DNA from: Piedraia hortae CBS 480.64
Taxonomy: Eukaryota
Reading direction: 5' to 3'
DNA length: 64,000 nucleotides
Assembly (NCBI GenBank): GCA_010093745.1
Contig: MU006009.1
Coordinates: forward strand, 1 to 64,000
The notes under the pieces are model-generated. The model did not search any database and was not told the origin of the DNA. It saw only the letters and a program-made list of their open reading frames with translations. Each line of letters opens with the position of its first letter. The first letter of the stretch is position 1. Below are positions 24,038-34,581 of this stretch, in pieces. The translations under genes and the position numbers were made by a program.

Positions 24038-25186
24038 TTACGCATGGAACAGATCCCATGCTTGTGAACAAAGTCGCAGAAACTCGTCTTTCCTCTCGCT
24101 ATTGCTCATACCGTACGAGGCTCTTTTAGCACCGGATCGGTTCCACGATGACGGCGGGCTACCATTGTCTCGTTCGTACTCTTCTCGGCCCCGTACGCGC
24201 CCGTTAGTCGGCGCCGTTGCCCGTTGGTGGCCCGGAGGCATGGGCGACGGCGGAGTTGGCGGTTGCACACCGCCGTAGTGCACTACTTTGGGCATCAACT
24301 CCTCGCGGCCACCAGATAAATCGCGTACGGCCTCTTCGGCCGAGCGATACTCGCGTCGTGGCGGAGCCAGCGAAAGCGGTGGGGGAAGTCCCGGCGATGG
24401 TTGCACCACGGGACCTGGCGCCGGCGGCTCAAACCGGTCGTTGGCAAAGACATCAGCGATGGGCGGTAGCCGCGTCGTGGTCGGCTGCGGCACATGGTGC
24501 ATGTGGCTCGTCTGGCCTAGCCGGTTCCGAGTCAGCGCATCGTCAGGACGCAGCCCAGTGAACGTTTGGTTCATGGGGGCCGATTGGATTACACGGTCAT
24601 GAGCAAATTGTGCGGCCGATGGCGCGTTTATGGTCAGCCCGGCCGGCGGCCCGCGACGACGAGATGAAGCCGGCGTCCTCTCGTCAACCTTTTGGCCCCG
24701 CTGGCGTGCCTCGATGATCAGCCGCTGCTGGTCGCGGACGTCTAGGCTTCGCTGTAATTGTGAGCGCAGGCCCGGATCGTTTGTCTGAAAGCCCGGCGAC
24801 AAGCATGCGAGCCCGACGTCCTGGATGGCGGCCGTCAGCGGGGCGGAAGGTCGCGTCGATGGTGGACGTGACAGATCGAGCTTCTTTGGCCGCGGGCGCG
24901 CGGGTATCGAAGGTGAGGCGGGCTCCTTTTTGACGGCGCGGTCGGGAGATCCATGGCGGGACGGTTCCGCTGGCGGCGCGGAACTCGGGGGCGCAGACTG
25001 GGCGGCCGAAGCCGGGGCCGGGGCCGGTGCGGAAGGAGCGGAGGTGGCAGAACACACGGGCGGTCCAGACGGGACGGTCGCAGTGGACGGAGCGGCAGCG
25101 GGCGACGATAGCATTGCCGGTGGTGGTGCGCAGCTGGTCGACGTCGAGGGCGGACGGGGGAGAAGAAGAGCGCAAGGGTGAGACAT
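24038..25186 (-). CDS. Pro-rich, likely disordered fungal hypothetical protein
   Basis: 382-aa ORF with coding-like bias and structured-looking blocks IQDVGLACLSPGFQT..LQRSLDVRDQQR and KDEFLRLCSQAWDLFHA. Confidence 0.8.
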   Translation of the reverse strand: MSHPCALLLPRPPSTSTSCAPPPAMLSSPAAAPSTATVPSGPPVCSATSAPSAPAPAPASAAQSAPPSSAPPAEPSRHGSPDRAVKKEPASPSIPARPRPKKLDLSRPPSTRPSAPLTAAIQDVGLACLSPGFQTNDPGLRSQLQRSLDVRDQQRLIIEARQRGQKVDERTPASSRRRGPPAGLTINAPSAAQFAHDRVIQSAPMNQTFTGLRPDDALTRNRLGQTSHMHHVPQPTTTRLPPIADVFANDRFEPPAPGPVVQPSPGLPPPLSLAPPRREYRSAEEAVRDLSGGREELMPKVVHYGGVQPPTPPSPMPPGHQRATAPTNGRVRGREEYERDNGSPPSSWNRSGAKRASYGMSNSERKDEFLRLCSQAWDLFHA

Positions 25187-26394
25187 GATTCATCAATCTG
25201 CGACGTTTTACTGGACCGGCCCGCCCAACACAACCCCCCGCACTTTGATTTACATTTGGTTGACTCTGTCCCTTGACCAGCCACTCGACCCCGTGCTATT
25301 CTTAGTTCCAGTCCGAACCCTACTCGCTCACCCGACCCTGCCGATCTTTCTCCGTTCCTGGAATCAATCGTCCATTTTCACTGGCTGCCTTGTTGATCGC
25401 CATGCCCTGATCGTCCCGACACATGCTTTGTGTCACGCCGAACAAGCCGCCCCAGCTGTTCGCCGTCGCGCCATCTAACACGAAACACTCCGTGCGCATG
25501 TGGGGGCTGGCGCTGATTGGACGACTCTCCACTTCTGACTTCAGCCTTTGTCTTGAGATGGCTCTGCTTGTATAGATTTGATTGGACAAAGAGGCGCCGA
25601 TCGTTTTGACGGCTCCTCTTGGCTGAGTCGTGGTGGTATGTAGTCATATCCGTTTTGTTTTCTGTCAATCTGTACCGGGGAATGTGGAGAGCCCGCAGCT
25701 GTTATCTCCGGTGATTGCCAGGGACTGACAGATGCAGGACTTTTACGTTGAACTGTTCAGGGTCACGGTCTGCAGGCTGACGATAACAAATTCTTGCTTT
25801 GCAAGCCATGTAACTGCAGTCGAGCATGCAACGGTCAGTTTCGTTGAGGGCTCGAGAACAAGGTGCTGCCTTGGGCACTATCGCGGGAAGAAATGAACGC
25901 GGAATCTCATTTCACTTCGTCATTTGATGAGCCCAGCCATGACGGCTCTGTCGTTTGTACTACAGGGTTTGCCGCTTCGATGCAGATTTCTTTGAGTCTG
26001 TGGAAGTCGGCTTAACGAAGGTTCGGCTTGCTAAGGTTGGTGGCATATTGCTTTGCTCTGCAATCAGCATCCTGAGTTCGAACGACTATGAATGTATTTG
26101 CCAACTAATCACCAACTTCAATTCACAATTTGTCGAGGACAAAGGCAGTGACAGACGGACATTCAACTCGTCAATGTCCGTTCATTCGCCCTTGACAATG
26201 CATTGATCGTTTTAGTCTTTTGTCATTTTTCTACAATGCGTTTACATCCCATTGATCCTAAACAAAGATATATAACTAAACAATCCCTATTGTTTCAACC
26301 ACTGCTCACCCATAAAGCCCCATCCTCCCAGCATCCCTTTCCCTCCAATAAAACACCAAACTCCCAACCTCCAGCAACAACAAGCAAGGAAAAC

Positions 26395-26721
26395 ATGTCG
26401 TCTCCCACATACATCATTTCTGCCGGCCAGAACCACATGCTTACCAAACGCAACGAGTTCCCGGCAGGAACAATCATTCTTCCACTAATCCTCATATTTG
26501 TTATAGCCCTGTTTGTCAGCCTTGGGTTGTACATCAAAACGAAGGAGCGCCGTGCGGAGAAGGCCATCAAGCAAAGACGCAAAGCGCTGGAGGAAGGGAG
26601 GGAGGCAAGAAACATGAAGAGATTGTCCGTTCGTTTCCAGGAATGGTTGGGGGAGAAGGCTGTGGTGGAAATGCCTGAGATGCCGCAGACGGTCCATGGT
26701 GGGAAGGAGCGGGTGAGGTAG
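26395..26721 (+). CDS. Small single-pass membrane protein
   Basis: ATG in AAACATG context; hydrophobic IILPLILIFVIALFVSLGLYI followed by a basic tail. Confidence 0.65.
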   Translation: MSSPTYIISAGQNHMLTKRNEFPAGTIILPLILIFVIALFVSLGLYIKTKERRAEKAIKQRRKALEEGREARNMKRLSVRFQEWLGEKAVVEMPEMPQTVHGGKERVR

Positions 26722-26830
26722 ACGGGTGAAGTCAAAGGTAAGTGGAAAGGTAAGTTGGTAAGGTAGGTCATTCCCTCCTGCTGGTATAAGATGTCGTCTA
26801 CCCGATTTCAATATTTCCGTGCTTGAACGC

Positions 26831-28750
26831 TTAACTAGCCAGGATCCCAAAGAGTAGAAACGTCCTCTTCCAGTATGCCTCGACAGCTTTGTCAATCTTC
26901 TGGCTTCCTTCCACCTCCAGCCCGAACGGTCCCAGGATGATCTCCAAATACTTGACATCGAACGTATTTTGCGGATTTGCCTCAAAGCCGTCACCCAAAG
27001 CCGCGCTAAGGGTAGCTGCCAGTTCCCCTTTCAACACCTTCACAGCCCCTGGGGTCCAAAGGTCAGTTCCCAAGTCTTTTGCAGCACGCTGAATGTCGAG
27101 CAGCCATTTAAAAGTTGAAGGGGCTGGTTGAACAGGGGAGCCGTTTTCCCAGAGCGATTCCGCCCCTTGGAACAATTGTCTCAGGCCTTTTACACACTGG
27201 CCTGTCGGGATATGATCGATGATCCTAGTAGCTAACTGCAAATGAAGCTTTTTTACCAGCTGGGTTTGGTCACTGGATATTCTCTTCATCGCTTCACGTA
27301 GTAATCGTAGCATAACAGCCGGATCGCTCCCATCTTCGCATTTTTTTGTCAACCAGGAATACACTGCAGGTTTGACTTCTGCAAGGGAAGAATTTAGAGC
27401 AGATTGGACAGCATCAGCATCCTTGGCATCGTCCTCTTCATGGTCGAGGTCAAGATCAACATCCCACCTCATTCTTCGCATTCGGTGGACGATTTTCCCA
27501 AGAGATTCAACCTCACGTTTCCACTCGTCTAAAGCAAAGGTGAATGAGGTAATCGTGCTGTTGCGTCCAAGTCGGCGGGCCTCAACTTCTTGTCGTTCGG
27601 GGCGTGAGTCCCAGAGGTCTATATTTGAAGAGGTTGGAGGGACTGCAAGAGCTTCGAGGACAACCAATACAGAACTTGTACGCTCATGCACGAGGTTAGA
27701 CACTCGCTGAGCGAATATTTCCCTCAACTCCCGCACTCCTTCACCAGTGATAGAGAGGTAGCTTTGCATGACCTCTTCCCGGAGTTTAAGGGTCCGCAAA
27801 ACATTTAAAGTGGCGACACGATGTCCCACAGCTTCTATGATGGCCTTTCTAACTTCTGCCGCGAATGTTTCCAACGATTTTCGCACATCCTTGGGCTCTA
27901 AGCCGTTGTGTTTGATCCACGGTGTGAATGTCTTGATTTCATCCGAGATCCAAGGTTCCAGAATATCGCGATCCGTCGTATCAAGTCTCTTGTCGTCCCA
28001 AATGGGGACTCTAGCCAACTCAGCCAGAGCCCGAGAGATCTTGTCGGGAAAAATATCCCTCACATCAGTCATGGTATTCTTGTAAACGGCCAGCATACCA
28101 ACGACGCGCTCGCACTCCTCTCTAAGTACTTTACTCCTGACCGCGAGGAAGAACCTCAGCACTTCTTTTGGTGGCGTGTTCGAAATGAGAGCAAAAGCAC
28201 ACAGTGCGTTGATACAATCAGAACCGGCCATGGTCCTTTCCAGGAATTCCAGCACTTTGACTCGTCGCCGTGCTAGAGTCTTCCTCTGCAACGAAGAGGC
28301 GTCTCCATCAACGAGCAATCTCGCCAATACAAATAAGTTCCCGGCAAGAAGCGGATCACCACGGGAAGCAACAACCCTTCTGACTTCGCGCAAGGAGTTT
28401 TCAAAAACCCTCTTCTTAACGAGCGCAACTCTGCCCTTCCTTTGCTTTTCCTCTCGCAGATTCACATTTGCAAAGACCCTCTCGACCGACTCCGAAGTGC
28501 ACTTGTGGCCAATTTCAGCGAGTCGTAGTTCAAAGTTCGCGGCCTCGGCATCCATCTGGATAATCGTCTCGGCTGTGCCTAACAGATCTCGGTAGCTGCC
28601 CGCCACGAGGGAGCGCAGCTGGGCTAAGTTCTCGTCGGCGCCATGGCGAAGCTGTTGACCGAGTTTGCGCACGATAGGTGGCGGATAGGTATTGAAAGCT
28701 TGTTGCCAGCTTTGTAGTTCAGTCGCTGGAATCGTCGTTGTGGTTGCCAT
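26831..28750 (-). CDS. COG1: Conserved oligomeric Golgi complex subunit 1 (Vps51/Vps67 domain)
   Basis: LRSLVAGSYRDLLGTAETII N-terminal motif; C-terminal YWKRTFLLFGIL. Confidence 0.8.
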   Translation of the reverse strand: MATTTTIPATELQSWQQAFNTYPPPIVRKLGQQLRHGADENLAQLRSLVAGSYRDLLGTAETIIQMDAEAANFELRLAEIGHKCTSESVERVFANVNLREEKQRKGRVALVKKRVFENSLREVRRVVASRGDPLLAGNLFVLARLLVDGDASSLQRKTLARRRVKVLEFLERTMAGSDCINALCAFALISNTPPKEVLRFFLAVRSKVLREECERVVGMLAVYKNTMTDVRDIFPDKISRALAELARVPIWDDKRLDTTDRDILEPWISDEIKTFTPWIKHNGLEPKDVRKSLETFAAEVRKAIIEAVGHRVATLNVLRTLKLREEVMQSYLSITGEGVRELREIFAQRVSNLVHERTSSVLVVLEALAVPPTSSNIDLWDSRPERQEVEARRLGRNSTITSFTFALDEWKREVESLGKIVHRMRRMRWDVDLDLDHEEDDAKDADAVQSALNSSLAEVKPAVYSWLTKKCEDGSDPAVMLRLLREAMKRISSDQTQLVKKLHLQLATRIIDHIPTGQCVKGLRQLFQGAESLWENGSPVQPAPSTFKWLLDIQRAAKDLGTDLWTPGAVKVLKGELAATLSAALGDGFEANPQNTFDVKYLEIILGPFGLEVEGSQKIDKAVEAYWKRTFLLFGILAS

Positions 28751-28841
28751 GACTTTGAAGGTAAGGTTGGGTGGTTGTCAACCCCCCACCTTGATTTTGC
28801 ACAATAGATATACAATGTGTCACACTTATATTGCATGAAAC

Positions 28842-28945
28842 GGCGAGATGGCCGAGCGGTCTAAGGCGCTAGCTTAAGGTTGATTGTTTGCAGTCGATTA
28901 CAACGCTAGTCCGAAAGGGCGTGGGTTCGAATCCCACTCTCGTCA
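28842..28945 (+). tRNA. tRNA-Leu(AAG) with 24-nt intron (28880-28903)
   Basis: Acceptor GGCGAGA/TCTCGTC, D arm GCCGAGCGGTCTAAGGC, stem CTAGC/GCTAG with TT-AAG-G, long variable arm, GTGGG-TTCGAAT-CCCAC, poly-T. Confidence 0.95.
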
Positions 28946-29049
28946 TTTTTTGTCTTTTTGCGCCGCAAACCAACTTGTGGATAGCGCAAACTACATTTTT
29001 GCGATCAGAAAACTGGTAGTGTGTACGATGTTTCCTTCTTGAATGAGTG

Positions 29050-30070
29050 TATCCAGACCCAGGCTGTCATATGCCGAGCCTTGTGTGGTTACGTTGGCAT
29101 GTAGCTAAAAGGTCTGGCTTTCCCCTCTACCGAATCTTCCTTTCATCAGCCTTCGTCCCCTATTCCTCCACATTCCGTTTCGGCCCCAGTCTTACTTTAC
29201 AACTGTCACAAACCTCATACTCGAAACCAGTTGATTGAGATGGCATCACGTGATACTCCTGACTCGGGAGAGCTTGTCGAATATTGAGATATTTGGACGC
29301 CTGGCTCGGCTGTATGGATCTCAGCCTCCTGCCTTCTAACAGAACGGGCGAGCCTCTCTTTCCCTGTCTAGAGTATATCGAAATCTTTGTCGGCTTCGAA
29401 GCTTATGAAGAGTTAGTCTTGGTGAAATTCGTCAGTAAATACAATCTGACGGTATTTAGAGACGATATGAAGTTACGCAATGTTTGCTGAAAGAAGCCCC
29501 GAGGCTGAGATGAGAGCGAATTCGTTACACTGGATAGATTGTCGGTTAACTCGTCAGTGTACGCTAAGAGCAAGCTTGCTCAAGCACCACACTGGTACCC
29601 GCCAACGTACTACAGTTGCTCATACACTCGTATAGCACTTGGTAACATTACTTTACCGGCTAGAAAATGTGACGTTTATGGAACCTGCATCCACGTCCCC
29701 CGGGGCATTAATTCAGCTTTATGAAACATACCGTCTTAGTCCGCTTAGAATGTTGCGTGATGTCCTTTGCCTGTCTTCCTTCCGTAATCTTCACCATCTA
29801 AAACTATGTAACCTACTCTACAGCCAATCATGGTAATCCATGGCAAACTATCGATACATCCAATTCGATCAACCTGTAGTCACCTGGATATAGCGAATCC
29901 TCGATCTATCGTAGCGGACAACTATCTTGGTTGCACTATGCAACTTCGGCTGTAACAAAGAAAGCTCGGCCCCTTTGGCTGAATTCTTTCGAATTCTCCA
30001 AGCTAATACCTAGAATTTACCTCTCCATCATCCTCGTTCCCAGATCTTACAAGATATAGCACGTTAAAAT
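29050..30070 (+). pseudogene. Heavily decayed LRR-type relic resembling 22130-23170
   Basis: Fragments MDLSLLPSNRTGEPLFPCLEYI and DVLCLSSFRNLHHLKL resemble VDLFPLTYVDGPLFPRLKHL and DIKSLGALYNLRCLAV; many stops; boundaries approximate. Confidence 0.35.
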
Positions 30071-30579
30071 CCCTTCTAACCCTCCCGTACGACGACGCAT
30101 AATCAGGAGAGCCCCCTCTTACCCCATGGAGCATCACTATGATCAAGGCATAATAACCGACAACTTAACACACCTACATATCTCTCTTCTTCCTCAATAC
30201 AAACCAACTATACAGCGAATCAAACAAAAAGTCCTGTCGCGTAAAGAGCTTCGAACGAGAAATCAAGGACTAAAGTTTATGAGTACACACCAGGAAAAGA
30301 AATTCTAATCACGAAAACTATCAAACCCCTCGAGAAAATTTCCCTCGCTTGCACCTCTCGTGAGGATTAATTCCAAAAAGACAACAAAACAAATCTATCT
30401 GGCTGATGCTCATCCGCTAGATTGTCTGGTTTGACACACAGGCCATTCTGTGCGCCAGGGTCAGTACGGCATGTAACCTCGAATACATGCTATCCCCATA
30501 AGAGAGCAATACAGGGATACCACTGTAGACATGCGGGCTATATTTACAAAGCCGCCAAATATATTCCACAGTCCGCCCG

Positions 30580-30589
30580 NNNNNNNNNN
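30580..30589. other. Assembly gap (10 N) followed by A11
   Basis: N run in sequence. Confidence 1.
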
Positions 30590-30772
30590 AAAAAAAAAAA
30601 TAGACCGGCAGAAACAGAGAACCGGGAAGAAGTCATCTACACGACAGTAGAGCTCTCACAGGTTATCAAACCCCCTCTATCCATGAAGCATCAATACCCA
30701 CAAATCTACACCCCCGTCCTGATATACCCCAAAACCCATACGACCCTCCGCGAAGCAGCCCACTCCCAGCAC

Positions 30773-33433
30773 TCACCATTCCCTCACCCACCTCATCCCC
30801 AACCCAATCACCGCCCCCAAATCCGCAACCAGCACCATCGCAAACGCCATCAACATCCTCGGCATAAAAACCCTATAAAGCATAAGATGCCTCCTCAACC
30901 ACGCACATCCCATCGTCGTCGCAACCGCAATCGCCGCGTGTACCAACAGATAGCCCGCCAAAGCCCTATTTCTACTCACAAAAACCGTCGTAACCACCAC
31001 CCCGGCGAAGGCATTCAGACCCACGGCGAGGGGGCTTATAGGGTAGACAATCCCCTGGGAAAAGGTGAATGCCACCTCCCACTGTATACTCGCTAGCACG
31101 GCCTGGTGGCCTGTTTTGAAGACTGAGAAGAGGCCCATTAGCGCGGGGAGGGCTGTGGGGGTGGGGGTCGTGATTGCCGCGAGGTTAAGGAGGGAGATGA
31201 GGAGCATTGCTAGGGCAAACTGACCCATTGGTTTTTGGACGAGGAGGGGCAGCAGGAGGAGGAGGGATGCTTCGCGGTGAGCGTAGAGGGTTAGGAGGAT
31301 GAGGACTCCTCGTGCGAGGATGATGCGGGTGGACTTGAGGTAGGGGGTTAAAGTGTCGAGCCATTGGCCGTCGTCGGCGGAGTCGAGGAGCCAGTACGTT
31401 GTTATGAGGGTTAGGCCGAGGCGGAGAGGGATGCTCCGCGTTTGGGAGCGGTAGAGTTTGAGGATTTTAGGAAGGAGGAGGGTGATCAAGATTGGGATGG
31501 AGAGCTGCCAGATCGCGGAGGTTGAGGATGTGGCGGACGCGTAGAAGGTGGATTTGCAGTAGGGCAGTTGCTCTTCGCGGCAGAGGCGGGATAGGGACGC
31601 TAAACGCGTGGTGATGAGGAAGGAGAGGGCATTGAGGGTGGATTTCTTTCGCGTGTATGGGTTGGGTTCGCGGAGAGAGGCGAGTAGGAGGAGTATGCCG
31701 AAGGTGGTGAGGAGGTATAAAAGGATCTCGTCTTCCCAGATTGTGAATGAGTTTGCGCCGAAGCTGAGGCAGAGTAGGAGGGTTGCAACGGTGCTGGTCC
31801 AGCTGAAAAAGGTGCGTGGGAAGGGTATATGGGACACACTTCGCATTGGAAGAAAACTTCCTACTAGACCGAGGATGGAGGCTGAAGAGACCACGGCTGG
31901 TAGCACAGGCTGCGTGAGAATTTTGGCTACTAGGAAGCCGACTAGACAGCCCAGTATCAGTCCACTCATGCCCCATGTTAGGAGAGAAGGCGTAATGTCA
32001 ATATCGGTGCCATAGGCATACATGGCCAAGAGAGCAAAAGTGGCGAACAGGACTGCGATTCCCATAGCGATCCTCACAAGGTCGAAGCTCGCCCAGAGAC
32101 TGCGACATATCCTCAGATTTTCCGCTTGATATGCTGTGTAGGCGTCATGGACAGCACTAAAGGAACCCGTTGGGACCCTTTCTGCCTCGCCCCAAAGCAG
32201 CGAAGCAGCAGAATCATCGTCTCCAATTCCACGTGCAACGAGATATCGATCTTGATACCTTTTAATTTGCGAAGCAGTAATTTTACTGACTGTGGCCTGG
32301 TTGGAATAATCCATAGATGGGCCCAGGAAAGCATCCTCGATGGGCTGGCCAAGATTATTGAAAGGAATCGGTAAGCCCAGCAAGAGTGACAGAGTGGGCA
32401 CAATATCAATTTGACCCACGAACCTCTCTTTTGCCGTCAGCGGAGGCGGAGAACCTCCACTAAAAACATCTCGTTTTGAAAACATCCAGAGTGCAGCCTC
32501 AATTTCATCATCCGACTCGCCGCCATGATCACCTTTGATATCCATTCCGTGATCGCCCATGACGACCAAAAGCGTATCCTCATCGATAGTCTCCACCATT
32601 CTCCTTAAAACACGATCCATCTGCATCAGTTTATCCCTCATGGCGGGATGATCCGGCCCATATCTGTGACCCGCGTGATCCACGCCCAGGTAATGTGCCA
32701 CGATGAGATCCCAACCCTCCCCCATCTCTAGCAAAGGAAAGAGATGCTCGTTGACGCCATTATCCACGGTGTGCAAATCCCACACGTTGAACGAGTCATA
32801 GGGTTTTGTGAGGTTCATATCAAAGTAACCCGGGAAAAGTGCATGCCACGTATCATCGCCGAGATGGACGATCCTCTTGCCTGCACGATAGAGCTGTTCG
32901 ACCCAGTTGTCCTCGTCAACTGCCGTGCCTGCAAAGTTTGATCCCGCATCGATAAACGTTGGTAGCGTACCCGTTGTGAGGCCCTTTAGCCTCTGCAGGG
33001 TGGTTGTGGGCGGGTCAGCGATACACGGACGCAGGAGGGCGTTATGTGGACGCTCGACGGCCGTCTCGTAGAGCACGGGAAGCGCATTGTGGAAGTATGC
33101 GTCGTCCTCCGTGGGAACGGTGAAATCGTACCGTAGGGCGTCGATGATCACAAAAACAGCTCGATTGAAGGTCTTGGGGTGCCAACACCCATCATCTACG
33201 CTCCCAACACTTTTAACCGCCGTCGGGGCATGCCCACATTCTGACCGGTCTGGGAGGACCAGACGCGAGAGTAAGAAGCCGCTGCAGAAGAGGTAGATAC
33301 CGAACACGTGGAAAACGCTGAACAAGTCAGCCTGAGGCTGGGATAGATTGCGTGTTGATGCCTACGTAACGAGAGTAAAGAAGACGGCCGTTAGCCCATG
33401 TTGCTTCCCAGCCCCCTTGCGGGCATCGTCCAT
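30773..33433 (-). CDS. GPI13: GPI ethanolamine phosphate transferase 3, PIG-O (intron 33365-33318)
   Basis: IDALRYDF, ADPPTTTLQRLKGLTTG, LGVDHAGHRYGP, MGDHGM, CREEQLP, FKTGHQAVLASIQW, LRRHLMLYRVFMPR. Confidence 0.95.
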
Positions 33434-33626
33434 GTCAACTGAGGTGAGGTCAGCCGGCGGGGAAAGTGTGCCGAGCCCTGCCATTTTGGGAAGGAGCAAC
33501 TTTTTTTTCTCGAATCAACATCTGAAGAATACATATACCGCTTCATCCCGCTCGATGGAACGGCCACAAACGCCACATAGAAGACAGTAAAGCAGAAATT
33601 TTGGGTATCAGTCCACTGTCAGAATT

Positions 33627-34139
33627 TTAAGTCTTTTCCTTCTCAACCAGCCCTCCGACCTGGTCCAGTTCAACATTTTGTGCTGCTTGCCCATCTCCGT
33701 TCACAGCTCCCTGCCCCCCCGAAACGGGTTCAAGCCCGATGCTGGTATCGCCCACTCTGACGACAACTACGCGACCCGAATGTCGCTTGCCCATCGAGTC
33801 GAATTCCTCTGGAAAGGTGATTCGGATCTCCGGAATCGAGTTGGATGATATTGACGGAAGGACGGCCTCGGGGCTGAGCTTTTCCTTGTCATGGTACAGG
33901 TATACAGACGGCCGGACTACCGCGCGATGCTGAGAGGTCGTACTTGCTGTGGACAATCGTTTCTCAAAGATGGGTAGCTCTTGCTGTCGATACTTGAGGC
34001 GTTGGCGGAGGAGAAATAAGGCCGCGGCAGAGAATGCAACGAGGGTAACAACGATGAGCAAGATTGCGAGCACCGTGATGGTCGATCCCGGAGACATCGA
34101 ATTGTCATTGCGCCCTGTAAGCTGGTTGGAGTCCACCAT
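33627..34139 (-). CDS. Single-pass membrane hypothetical protein
   Basis: One TM segment, then PEIRITFPEE..GRVVVVRVGD..IGLEP. Confidence 0.75.
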   Translation of the reverse strand: MVDSNQLTGRNDNSMSPGSTITVLAILLIVVTLVAFSAAALFLLRQRLKYRQQELPIFEKRLSTASTTSQHRAVVRPSVYLYHDKEKLSPEAVLPSISSNSIPEIRITFPEEFDSMGKRHSGRVVVVRVGDTSIGLEPVSGGQGAVNGDGQAAQNVELDQVGGLVEKEKT

Positions 34140-34581
34140 GTCGGATCGTATGCTTTTGCAATGTCCTTCTGCGCTTCATTAGCGACTAAAAACAACTTTG
34201 CTCGCGCCCCAGTACGCACCGTCGGAGATTTAATGAGTGTGTGAGCGGTCCAGCCGCAGTTGCAGGCTGCTAAAGGAGTGAAGCTGCCGTCGGTGTTGAA
34301 GGAGAGTGTAGCGACGAGGAGGGAGGAGTGAGGGAACAGGTGCAAAGGGAGGGGGCAGGAGCGGAAATGGTCCCCGCTCCATGTTGTGACCGTGGTGCGG
34401 TCATTTAATGACGGCGGGTGCTCCCGCTGCATGCCCAGTGGTTGAGCCGGTCTGTCACTTCCGTTTCGGGAAAGGTTCTGGCCCCTGGCCGCCGTCGTTT
34501 GCTTACATCATGCGCGTCGGAATGGCACTTGAAACCAAACGGATTGGGAGACACCGCTAACGCACGCTGTGCCTTGGCACG

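Noticed and set aside
30422..31096. 224-aa plus-strand ORF
   Set aside because: Spans the N gap and is antisense to GPI13 in skewed, stop-poor sequence.
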